Shown here one piece after another: positions 36,357 through 48,575 of a stretch of 64,000 nt of DNA (the first letter of the stretch is position 1; each line of letters begins with the position of its first letter). A program made the position numbers and the translations under genes. The notes beneath the pieces are model-generated. The model saw only the letters and a program-made list of their open reading frames with translations. It made no database searches and had not been told where the DNA came from. The stretch spans positions 2,542,001-2,606,000 of the forward strand of contig JAUPSS010000003.1 of assembly GCA_040285825.1 (NCBI GenBank). Direction: 5' to 3'. Source of the stretch: Eukaryota sp. TZLM1-RC (lineage: Eukaryota; Protista; Metamonada: BaSk clade).

Positions 36357-39300
36357 TTTCCGATGCATTCCCTTATTGACCCAACAGTAAGTACTGTGGC
36401 TAGGAGTAATCCAAGCTTAGTTACTCCAATTCTACGTAATGCTGACCGCACTTTCTGTGCTCGCATTAATGTATTTATTACTGAAGAGTTGCGCGACTTT
36501 CCTATATAAATGTTCATGTCCCGTCCATCTCTTCTACTAACGCTCAGTCTTCTCGCCGCTCTGCTCGTTGCGAAGAGCCTGTCGAAGAAGTACATGAGGA
36601 AGAGCTAAACCCTGAAGATATTCGAGTCAACCTCATTGACTCCATCGATGAAGTCCTTGCTAATTCTGCTCCTGATTTATTTAGTTATTCATAAAACGAT
36701 GAAAAATTACCATTGATTACAAAACCTTCTCCTTATACATCATGTCCACTAAACCTATATCTGTGGATGATTTCTTAACTACTCTTCGAGAAGCTGACAA
36801 AAATGCCAAAGAAAACCAAATACATGGCTGTTACCGCTGTAACGTTTGCTCTCATTAATTCATTTCAACACACAAGGCGAATCATTGTATAAAGAAGCCA
36901 AAACGACGAAAGTGAGAGCAACTTTGAGGTAGAAATTTTTTTGGAATCGTAACGTATGTTGAACCTAGCAAACCACATGTAGCCAAGCAGAAGACACCCT
37001 CTGTTTCTGCTCTTTGTGCTATAAACGAAGTCCTAAAATTTTCTCGGGCAGCCACGATGCAGGACGAAAGAATGAGCTCTTGCGAAGCTTCTGTTTTGAA
37101 AAGGTAACTGATTCTTCACTAACTTCCAGAAACTCTCTTGAGACTGATTTTCATCAGATACATTACCAAATAAAAGCCCTGAGGGATAACATCCATGATT
37201 TCTCGCCGGAAAGAGCAAGTTCTCACCTCGATTCTGATATGGCCCTCCTGGACGCCGACTGTGCAAAACGACCTGGTCCATCTGATAAAAACTCATCTCT
37301 CGAAGAATCTTCTGAAAGTTCAGCAACTGAATCTGCAAATACTTTAGCCGCAGCCAAAGTCTCCGCTCCTGCCCCTGCCTGTCTGATAATCCCTGATAAG
37401 TCTAAGATCTTTTTCACGCTGAAAGAACTGAATCAACCTATGGACAAAAACCTGTTACATCTCAAGATCTTTGCCAAACCTGATCACTTTCTATATGATA
37501 TGGTTGACACTGGAGCAACCGTATCCTGTATTTCCGAAGGACTCGCTGATGTCGCCAAGCTCCATGTAGAAAACAAGACCACCTCTTTAAGTTTAGCTGA
37601 TGAGAAGCTAATTGATGTTAAGCTAGCCAAGGGAAGATTCGCTTTCATGTTAGGAGGAACTGCTAAGCTAATCTATATAACCTTGAGACTCTGTCTATTA
37701 CCATGCCCCAACAATTTTATTCCCGGTTGTGACGCCCTGAAACGCCTTGGTCTATTAACTGAAGATTTTCTGTTTATTAATTTTTCAACTCGCAACTTAC
37801 AAATTCAAGAAGATGAATCTATCCCTGACTGTTTCCTTCCTGATTCTCAGAACGTTTGCTCTCACGACGACCTAACTGATACCACGACTGCCCCTGAATT
37901 CGTCCAAGCTCTAAGTGACGATCTATTAAAGAAGTTACGTGACATTGAGAAAACCAGCTTCAATCTCAATGATACTGCCCTGATCGTAGCAGTTAAGCAA
38001 ATGTTTCTTAAATACCCCGATACCTTTGCTAAACTACCCGCTTCCGAAGGAATTAAGTGTGAACATATGAAGTTGGAATTCCATGATGAATCAGCTGTTG
38101 TTATTGAAAAAGCTAGATTTCTACCCCCCCCCCGACAAACTAAAGATTGCTAATGAAGAAATTGATACTCTACTGAAGAATGGTTTTGCTGTCCCTTATG
38201 ACGGTCCTTTCGCCTCTCCAATCCACCTCGTTTGTACCCCCAATAAAGCACCAAGATTAACCGGAGACTATTCCGGCCACAAGGGTATCAACGATCTAAC
38301 CGTTCCCATTCCCGCTGATCTCCCCAGAATTACAGAAGTCTGCGCCTTCTTGTCGTCTGCCACCTATGTAGCAACACTAGATCTACCCAAAGCCTCTTGG
38401 CAATTAAATTTACGCCCAGAAGACCAACCTAAAACAGCCATTGTAATACCTGAAAGGAAGGGATGTTTACCCGTGCCGCTTTCGGACTGAAGAACGTCCC
38501 AGCAATCTTCCAAAACTTAATGAGAAAAATCTTCGATTGTAACGGAGTATTCATTTATCTCGATGAAATAATTGTCGCTGCATAAAGTAAAACAGATTTC
38601 TTGAACCGCCTAGAATTTATATTCATGAAAGCCCGAGATTACCGTGTCCGAATTGGCCTACACAAATGCGCCTTTCAGACCAAAGACTATCCAATTCGTG
38701 TAGTAGGAACTATTTTCGAAAAAGGTACTCGAAGAATCTGCCCATCTAGAATTGAAAAACTGAACCAAATTCCAATCCCAACGTCCGTTCCAGAACTACG
38801 TTCCTTTGTTGGTGCAATCAACTTCGTTCGAGATTGGTTACCCGCTGTAAGCACTGAACTCGCCCCACTCACTGAACTGCTGAAAGGATCTCCTCGCAAG
38901 ATACACTTGAACCAACAACAGATCGAATGCTTTCAGAACATTAAGAAATTGATATCAAACAGTGTACCACTAGAACTTCCCGATGATAGTTCTTAAATAT
39001 TAGTCTCTACTGATGCTTCTGAGAACGGCAGCGCCGGCATTATCTGGAAAGAACTTTCCCCATCCGAACCTGGAACCTGTCTCCCTGAAAGAAATGTAGC
39101 CCCTCTGTCATTTTATTCCAGGATACTCACCCCTTCTTAGCAGCGATGGTCAACTATACAGAAGGAATTATTTGCTATTGTAATGACTTTAAACCAGCCA
39201 AACCTCTCATCCTTCCTAAAGACTAAACATTTAACCCTATTTTGTGACCACAAAAATCTATCCTATCTGCTTTCTTGCCCTGACTCCAACCGCGTGGTTC

Positions 39301-41458
39301 TGCGTTGGATTCCCGTACTTCAGTCCTACGCATTTGACTGTATCCATGGTGAGGGACCCAAAAATCATTGGGCCGCTTACATGTCTCGATCGTTTCCTGT
39401 TGATGAAAAGAAGAAGAAGAGAAAGACCAGAACAGCTAACGCTAAATAAGTAAACTCTATGATCTCCATTGATGATGGAAGAACCCCTTTCCATCAAGTA
39501 ACCAGTTACGACTCTGAAGAACGCTACAGAGGACTCCCAGCTAGACTTTCCCATTATAGTCCTGCTATGATCCAGCTGTTGACTCCTGTACCTAGCGGCT
39601 ACTTTCTCTCCCAGAATCTCCATTCCTGTAATTTCTGCCCTCACGTCGACGGAACGTATAGCAAAGAAATGTTTTCTCTCATTCCATTCCAAGTTTCTGA
39701 CCTATTCCCCGAACTTGCTTGCTCTGTAGTCAACATAACAACAAGATCCCAAATTCCCCAAGAAGTAACAGAAGAAGACACTCAAGAAGTTGCCTCCGAA
39801 CCAATTACATCTGAAGCCTTCTCATCTGATGTCATAGTGCAGAAGCCTGTTCATTCCCCTGCTGAAGCTTTTCTAAAAAAATCTTCTATGAGCAACAAAA
39901 GCTCCCCGACGATGACGAACTCTTTCCTGGTTGCACTTTTAATGAAAATACTGGCCTGAAGCTCACCCCATCGAAGAAGATTCTGATCCCACGCTCAATG
40001 GTCCCAGAGATTCTGAACCACATCCATGGTTTCACCGAAGCCGGACATCCATCTCCCTCTAACTCCTGGAAGTCCCTTAAGAAGTCTGATTTTTACTGGC
40101 CCACTATGAAAGCAGACCTTGAACTCCATGTTCGAAGTTGCATTCCCTGCCAGAAGAACGCTGATGTCCCCAAGGCCCAGATCTCCGCCTCTGGATCTCT
40201 GTCCCGTTCCCACAGACCTTTCGAGTATCTGCACTGTGATGCTATTGGTCCTTTCCAACCCGATTCTCAGCAAAACAAATATGTACTTCATTTTGTCGAT
40301 GCTTTCACCAAATTCAACATTCTTGCCCCAGTGCCCGATATCAAAGCCATCACTGTGGCTGATTCGATCCTAACCCACGTTTACGCAATATTTGGAGCGC
40401 CAAAATTAATTCACTCAGATAATGGTACTGAGTTCTGCAACGCTGTCTTCGCCTCGTTATGTCAACTCTTAGACATAACCCATACCACCTCCATTACACA
40501 CTTTCACCAATGCAACAGTTTGGTTGAAAGACAACACCGTGTCATCCTCCATAATCTAAGAAAGATTCTTCTGGATTTTGCCGATTACGAAAATTGGTCC
40601 GATTACCTCCCGTTCTGCCAAATGATAGCAAATAGCAATCACCGTAACTCTCTCAACGCAAGTCCTTATGAACTCATGTTTGGCTCTGATGTATCTCCCC
40701 GTTTGTTACCGGTAGATATACTGAAAACTCTGGAACTCAGACCAGATCAAACCGACGTGCTTGATTACCTAACGTATCTGTCTAACTTATCTTTTGAAAT
40801 CATAAACAAATGGAAATCTGTCCCAGTTAACTCCGAATCCAAATCTCCTGAGCCGAAGTTTGTCCCTCAACCTGGTTCCCGCGTCTTCGTTCTGCGAGAA
40901 AGTCCTAACATATTACATGGACATTTTTTTGGTCCCTACATCGTCAAACAGAACCTAACTCGTAGCTCCCTCCTAGTCGAAAACCCTAATACTAGTTATC
41001 AGATCAAAACCTCTATTCATCTGATCAAGCCTTGCTTGTCCTCCCTGCCAGACCATATTCCCAACGCCTATGTAGCCGCCGATGCTGGCGAACTTCTCAT
41101 AGATGCCATCCTGGATGTCACAGACGGAGAAGCTTTAATTCTTTGGTCTGATGGAACCCAAACTACTCAACCTGAGCACACTGTGAAGAATACTGTAGCC
41201 TATCAAAGGTTCAAGAAGATGATGATTTTGGACAAACACAGAAGAAGAGGAAAAAGAAGAAAGAAGAGGTAGTGTAGGCTTATGCCAATATAGGTTATAG
41301 TTTATTATTGTTTATTAGTAGTTACAGTACCACGTGATGCCACGTCATCACTTATTTATCTAGACTCTTGTACAAATTCTCCTGATTATTCACACCCGCT
41401 GTAATAAACACCCTGTTACCTAGTTTATTACCTGATGCATCCCTTTATTGACCCAGCA
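36357..41458 (+). mobile_element. Ty3/Gypsy LTR retrotransposon family C nested in the hAT (5' LTR truncated)
   Basis: VDTGA protease, LDLPKASWQ, FIYLDEII, STDAS, CDHKNL; integrase ORF 39998-41272 with intact D-D-E; PPT; 3' LTR 41273-41458; 5' LTR remnant 36357-36386. Confidence 0.93.
41273..41458 (+). repeat. 3' LTR, family C (186 bp)
   Basis: TG directly after the PPT and TAG; its end matches 36357-36386 and 49213-49240. Confidence 0.88.
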
Positions 41459-42494
41459 GAAGGATTCAATGTCGATCTAGTTGACTTTTGGTGGAAAAAC
41501 CTGAACAGATACCCCATGTTAGCTCGTTTGGCTCTAGATGTGATGACTGCCCAAGCAACGTCTGTTCCGTGTGAGCAACTTTTTGCCGAATCCGGACTGG
41601 TTGTAAACAAAAAGAGAACTTTGTTGTCTGCAGAAAGTGTACAAGCTGTGTTATGCTCAGAATCTTGGAGGAAGAAGGCTGTTGGAGGTGTCAATGATGT
41701 TGCATTATCATATAGTAGTGTTGAACCAGTGGTGGTGGTGGAAGAAGAGAACCAGGACGGTATGTGTGAAGATTTGGAATTATGGGTTCTTTATGTAGTA
41801 GTGTATATGTACCTTGTAGTTGAAAAATAAGATAACTTTTGTAATCTTCAACTTCAAATAGTACATTTTTAGAAGGAGTTTAGATACCCGTCGAACGACG
41901 GGTCACGTCACGTCTACGTTTGGGTGCGTCACATCACGTCGACGGCTAGGATAGAACGTCAGGTCACGTCACGACGGGTCAAATGACAAGTCTACTCCGA
42001 CCATTGCTCCAAATAGAATTGGACGTGACTACTCAAACTGGAATGGATACGAGAATACTCGAGTATTCGCCGATTATATCCGCCATCAACCTTACTTGCT
42101 CGATCCCTCTAGAGACATCACCACCTTCATACCTTTGTGTCTCCTTAAACCCTGCATATGGTATATCCATCATTTCGCCGACGACGAACTGACTCCATGT
42201 GAACTCCCTATTCCTTGCTTTGAAACTATTTGGTCAGATCAAATCGATCCAAAATCCCATTCGATTCGAATCAGTTATGTTCTAGCTGAACTTTCATCTT
42301 CTGAACCCTTATGAGCTGAAGTATTCCACCCTACTCAGTACTGCTGTCATATTGATGACATAGAACCTCTCATTACAGGTACTCCTCGCCCTCGTCCGTC
42401 TCATCAAGATTTCCTAATCTATGAAAGCATTTTCCCTATCACTAAAACCGGAAGCTATAGTGGCTTTGTTTTTTATATTTATTACAGTAACTAA

Positions 42495-43055
42495 CTGTTG
42501 TTGCTACAGTAGATTACTGGACTTCTCCTGCAAATACGGCATTTCTTGCTGTAACCATTCACTTCATATCTGAAGATCATCAGATGGTAAGTGTCCCTCT
42601 TGATCTTCTTCAATGTCTACATCCTCACAATGCTGGTCACACAGCTCAGTTTATTCAACAAGTTTGTATGGAATTTGGAGTTTCAAAAGTAGTCAGTATT
42701 ATTACTGATGATGCACCAAACATTTTTAATGCAGTTGTTTTATTGAAGGAAATGGAATTCTGCTTTTTTTCCAGATGGTGTGTAGCTCGTGTACTGAATA
42801 TTGTGGTCGAAAAAGCACATGATATTCCAACAACACATACAAACTGTCCAAAACTTGTAAGAATCAGGAAGATACTATCAAAGAGATTGAGAACCCCGTG
42901 GATATCCAAGTCAATCTGTTTGACTCCAACGATGAAGTAGCCTAACAACAAGTAGAATCCCCTCGATGAAACTGAAGCTGTATCCAACTTGTTGCAGTAA
43001 GTTGGAACATATGATTCTGTTGCCGAAGTTGAGTCATTGCTGTTGTCATATAATC
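42495..43055 (+). pseudogene. hAT transposase core fragment(s)
   Basis: TVDYWTS...FLAVTIHF, IITDDAPNI, CVARVLNIVV. Confidence 0.75.
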
Positions 43056-43788
43056 TCCACTGTATTGCTCAGGAAGTCCTAAATGCCTTCCTAGTGATCC
43101 ATAGAATGTCTCCTAGACCACATAAGATTCTCGAATACCTGATATCCTACACTAGAGTAGAAGATTCCGCCCCAATCTACAAATTTTTAGGTCAACTTCT
43201 GTTTGAATACCACCACCCGTATTTTAGGAATTACTTTCTATTTGAAGAACGCCTGTCCAACCAGCACCGAAATGCTAAAAATCGTAGAAATCACCAAGAA
43301 TCACGTGGGCCAGCCCGCAACATTTACCATACCCCGACACAACAGCCCCGACGGGACGTTGCCAGATCTAACCCACCTAGTAACTCATCCCCAAAAGTTG
43401 AGTGTTATTCTTGTATATAACTTGGATATGTAGTCCGTTATTGTCCTGAACCTGAATGCCAAGCCAAACAGAATAGCCAAGAGCCTTTTTGTCGCAATTA
43501 TAAAATCCCTACCTGACAGAAATTCCATGCTACCCGTAACGGACACCAACTTAGCTCTGTAGTAGAGTCAATTAACGAAGGACTAAAGCGAAATCATCAC
43601 GAAAACAGCACGAAACTTATTACTCCAGATTAATTAATTACTCTGGCTCTTCTCGAATCCTGTCTCCTACACAACAATGATGGTCATCAATACAAAAAAA
43701 ACTATTGACGATTGTAATGACCCTAAACCAGCCTAATCTATCTTCGTTCTTGAAAATGAAACATATTACACCTTTCTACAACCATAAG
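43056..43788 (+). pseudogene. Deleted LTR element fragment: gag with knuckle remnant plus RNase H piece
   Basis: ECYSCI*LGYVVRYC; MTLNQPNLSSFLKMKH matches 39183. Confidence 0.65.
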
Positions 43789-46700
43789 TGTTAGATGTTG
43801 GATAACATCAACTCACGTTTGATGACGTGGCAAAAGGTTAAGTTTTGTTTTTGTTAAATTATAAGGCTTTTCCATTGGTAAAGCCGTGAGATGCGTCCTG
43901 TCGACCGTCCCTATCTAACCTCGCTGTCTGAAAAAGATGTATGTATGTTTTTGAGCGAATTTGAAATGTATCAGTCTGTCACTGATAGCACCAAAGTTGA
44001 TTCCTTAAGGCTCACCGTAGATCGTATTATATAATTATCATAATAATTTTAATATAATTTTGAAGTCCCTACCGTAGATCCCTTTATTTTGAGGTCCATA
44101 GAGTTGTATGAACCTAAGGTGAAGACTTCCGATAGTGTGTTGCTCAACTATTTGAAATCGCTAAACAATTTTCTGTTGTACTGTGGACAATTAGTCTAGT
44201 ACATTTGTATTTATATAGTATACTTCACTAGTGATGTCCTTTATAAGGGCCGGTGAAATTCAAATAAATTTATCCTTACTCTTTGTCATCATATGACACA
44301 GACGGCATCATTAATTAATGGCCCGAAAGACCACAATAATAACGCTCCTTCCTCTCTGAGGAAGAGTAATGTCCCTTTTTTGAAGGAGAACAATCCGCCA
44401 CCACCCACGGTGAGTAAACCTCCCTCGACGGAGAGTAGCCCTTCCCTCGGGAAGAGAGCGTCCCCTCAGAATGAGAGTAACCATGTGAACCTTTCCCCCG
44501 GGTACGACCCCAATAACATGCTTCCTTATGGAGCTAAGCTCGTACCGGGTAAAGGAACAGACACTGAGCTTTTCGTCAAGCCAGTTGATGGGGAAGGCAC
44601 GCGTTCCTCGAATCCAAACTCTCCTCCTTCTGATACTGGTGAACCTAAAGAAAAAGATCAGCCAGTTACTACGGTTACATCTCAGCAGGGCGAGGACAAC
44701 CCTAACGACAGTGACGGTGACGGGAATGGTGATGAACCACCCAGATGCCGATCCTCTTCTGCAGATTGGACAGATACGGAATACCGCACTTCTCAAGAGT
44801 GGTACCGTAAACAATTAAGAGAAAAGGTAACCCTTGTCGTTCAGGAGTTCCTCCTAAATATTCGAGCCTCTCCACCCAATGATATTAGGGATTGGAGTGT
44901 TGACGAATTCGTCAAGGCCATTGAGACAGAGGCAAATGTTTTCTCGGACCCCAGTTACGTAGGTGACAGGGACGAGTTCCTAAAGAAAAGATGGCCCTTC
45001 CTCTTTGGTAGCTCGCGTGGTTATACCATGGTCGATGTGGTTCACCAAGAACAAGATCAAAGCCCGGATATGTTAACTAAGCTAGATCAATGTTCTGAGA
45101 GTGCAGTGCAATATGTAGCAGAAGATCCTGAGAATTGTTATTTCGAGAACCCACGTTCGAAATACCAGACTGCTACCCCAAAACCACAGTTTTGGCACAA
45201 CGATGCCATTCCTGATCAACGGATCCGTGCTAGGAATCAATATTCCCTAGGCAACGAGTTGGAAGTTGGTCGTATGTTTTGGATTGCCAAAATGTACCCT
45301 CATCACCAAGCAGGCCGTATGATGAGAGGAGCAGTAAAACACTTCCTTGTTGAAAACATTCATCCTAGGGATAGAATGACGGATGTGTTAACGCTATTAG
45401 GTAGCATGTTCGTTGCTGATCGCGAAGATACAATTCAATTTCACCGCAAGGAAACCTTTGTGAAAATCAAGTGAACCAAGATCATTGAATTAGTTGAACA
45501 ACGGGTAGGACCTAATAATATAAAACTGGTTTATTCAGATCCTTGGATAGTTAAGCACAAAGCTTGGGTTGACAGCTACCCAGATCAGAGAGTTTTTGAA
45601 AATGTCCTGGTCAAAAGTAGTTGCCTCCCTTATAAACATCATGTGAATGGAGTCCCTCAAAATTCTAAAGATGCTCCAGATTGGGCTATTTTTGAACCTG
45701 ATACTCAAAAGTTGCCTGAGCAGGATGATCCACCCAAATATCGCCAAATCATAAATTTAAGCGAGATGCTACCATCTGAAGAAGCAAATCAATTGTTATT
45801 CTCCACTCCTTCAGTAGCGCCGTATCTAGGAAGAAGACAATCATCTGCACAAGCTTCTGGGCATAGTACTCCTGTCCCTCCCACTATTCCCTTGGTAGCA
45901 AGTAGTCCTTCGACTAACATACCAAGAGACCCTTTAGTTCTTTCCTCTGGTGTATACACCAAACCATTCACTGATGAAGAAAAGCTCATCAAGAAAATAG
46001 ATGAAAAGAAAAGACAACTAAAGAAACTGGATGATGGTTTTGAATATTCATCTTTTAATCTTACTAATAATTCGTGCAATTTTATTAATAAGATGAGCAA
46101 AATTGACTCGAATTATAAACACCTAAATCCTTTAAAAAGATTTAGAGAGTCATCCAATCTTGTGGGTTCTATCCACAGTGTTAGACTATCCAGGGTGACA
46201 GGAGACCAAGTAAGTTCTAACGGAGAACTCTGGTTGACCTGCTCAATAAATAACGTGGAAGTACAAGGCGAAATCGATAATGGAGCTGCATTCTCAGCAT
46301 TATCGATGGATCTAGCCTTAAAATGTCGAATGACCATTGACGAGAATAAAACCGTCGAATACCTATCGGCAAATGGTATTCCCTCCACGACCCTAGGAAG
46401 TGCGAATGGTGTTCTTGCTCTCAATGTGGGTAGCTTGGCCACTCAAATGTATTTAAGGATCGAATTCCAAATCATACCTGGTACCAGTAATTTTTTGATT
46501 GGAAGAGACCTTTTACAAACCTTGGGGCTGCGCACGGTGCACGGTATTAATATTAGTTTAGACCGCGAACATCACACCATCTTGAATGCAGAATGTGAGT
46601 TTGATGACAGAATCTGTCAACCTGTTAATTGTATTGATTTAATAGAGAATAAAACTATATTAGGGAATAGTATTGGGCACTCCACATTCAAACATTATTT

Positions 46701-48310
46701 AGATGAGTTGAGCTGTAGAATATGCATGGATGACATTAGGGACGAGGAACGCCTAGTCTTGCTACTAGAAGAATACAGAGATGTATTCAGTGGGCTACCT
46801 CACCCGGATGGAATAGATTGTCAGCCGATGACCATTGCATTTTACGACGAAAGTAAGATCGTCAAAAGGAAACCTCGAAGATTAAACCCAGAAAAACAAC
46901 GGGTACCCGAGGAATTTTTAACGAATTGATCCGTAATGGATTTGCTGTGCCCGCAAAGTGTCAATTCAGTAGTCCCATCTGTCTTGTGATTTACCCTGAT
47001 CACAGGAAACCACGATTAACTGGCGATTTTTGTGGTATTGGTGGAGTAAATGATTTCACTAAACCTGTAGAGGCAAATTTGCCCAGGATTAGCGACATTT
47101 TAGAGTTTCTAAGTAAAGCTAACTATATATCAACTCTAGATTTACCTAAGGCATTTTGGCAGCTCAAAATTGCAGAAGAGGACATTGATAAAACTACCGT
47201 ATCAATTCCCGGGATGTCGATCAGTTATAAAAGGGCTTGACGTTAATATTCCCTTTGTTAAAGATCTTGAAGCAAAAATTGAAAGGATTTCAAAGAAGAG
47301 AGAAGAGGCAGAGTTCAGGCAAGCTCAACAACTGTCTGAAGTTAACAAACACAGGAACCCTTTTGATAAAGGTGACTTAGTTTTTCGATTAAAGACTAAT
47401 GGTAAACTCAATGGTTGCTTCGCTGCCCTTTTCTCGTAGAAGAAGTGAAACCCAATAAAAGTTTATTACTCAAGAATCTTGTCACTGGTTCGATGTCCAC
47501 GGCAAGTATAAATCATTGTAAACTATACCTCTCTGACTTCCCTAAAGATATAGATTGGCATAAGAACATTGCTGCCGGTGATGTGGAAGAATCTGTAATT
47601 ATTAAGATTATGGATCACTTCGATTCAATAGACTCGAATGATAATAAAATTCCTTATTGCACCGCAGTTTGGTATGGCGGCGAGACATCGTCTGTCCCAG
47701 TTGCTGAAGTCAAAAGCACTGAGGCATATCAAACATATTTGCGAACCCTTAGTCCTCACTCTACCAGGAAACGGAAAATGAATTCCAATTCTAAATCTAA
47801 GACTAATTCCCCTGCAGTTAATTCTTATAGCTCTCGTACGAGACCTAAGGAAAAGAAAAGGTAGTGTTGTACTGTGGACAATTAGTCTAGTACATTTGTA
47901 TTTATATAGTATAGTTCACTAGTGATGGCCTTTATAAGGGCCGGTGCAATTCTAATACAATTATCCTTACTCTTTGTTATCATTTGACACAGACGGCATC
48001 ATTTCCGTCCTATGAAGCTTTCAACGAGACCCTCTCTCGGTTGAAAATGAACGTGAAGATCTCTAGGGCTAGAGAAAGATAGAATGATTACCTCAGACAC
48101 TTTCTGATGGTGAAGCAAAAGGCTGAAGGCCTCGCCATACCAAATAATGTTTTTATGCAACGATTTGCCACTGGTATTGCTCCCAAAGGTCTGGCTGAAT
48201 CCCTTGTGTCCCGTATTAATGACCAGCTTTTACCTGATTTCAAAAGTCTTCTGCAGGTTGCTACTAAAGAAATTGTTGACCATGATGGATCTAAAGTTTG
48301 GTAAGGATCC
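43789..48310 (+). mobile_element. LTR family D, 5' part (putative LTR 43789-43874, PBS-like TGGTAAAGCC, gag from ATG 43891), split by family A copy 2
   Basis: gag frame MRPVDRPYLTSLS...LNNF|PSYEAFNE continues across the TTTC TSD. Confidence 0.7.
44174..48001 (+). mobile_element. Family A copy 2, non-autonomous, two internal deletions, perfect 4-bp TSD TTTC
   Basis: LTRs at 44174-44310 and 47865-48001; TTTC at 44170-44173 and 48002-48005; near-identical to copy 1 in the 5' part. Confidence 0.96.
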
Positions 48311-48349
48311 GTATATACTACAAATACCCGTACAGCTGCCAGGGATACA

Positions 48350-48575
48350 GATGTAGGACTCTACACATTTGAACAAATTCTATCTTGAAGCTCCTTGCTG
48401 ATTGAAAACCCTACCACCCCTACTCAACTGAAGACATCAATTCATTTAATCAAACCATGTTTATCCTCCCTTCCTGGCCATATTTTAATTGCTTTTGTAA
48501 CCCCTGATGCTGGTGAGCTCCTAATAGATGCTACCTTGGATGTAACCAATGACCAAGTCACTATCCTTTGGTCCG
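48350..48575 (+). pseudogene. Family C integrase C-terminal fragment
   Basis: KTSIHLIKPCLSSLP...DAGELLIDA matches ~41000-41150. Confidence 0.8.

Larger units (their letters stand above)
35106..41994 (+). mobile_element. Internally deleted hAT transposon, 17-bp TIRs, 8-bp TSD
   Basis: TAGACTTGCCATTTGAC / GTCAAATGACAAGTCTA; TSD CTCCGGCC (35098-35105) and CTCCGACC (41995-42002); CGTCA subterminal repeats; FWWKNLNRYPMLARLA...ATSVPCEQLF. Confidence 0.95.
34568..42460 (+). pseudogene. Unidentified degenerate ORF split by the hAT insertion (34568-35105 plus 42003-42460)
   Basis: The frame of ORF 34809 continues across the TSD (LYSTCGTPA|IAPNRIGRDY) into ORF 42096. Confidence 0.5.

Noticed and set aside
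41315-41330. Tf1-style self-priming complement within the LTR
   Set aside because: Only 7-9 bp of partial pairing in family C and none in family A; too weak to call.
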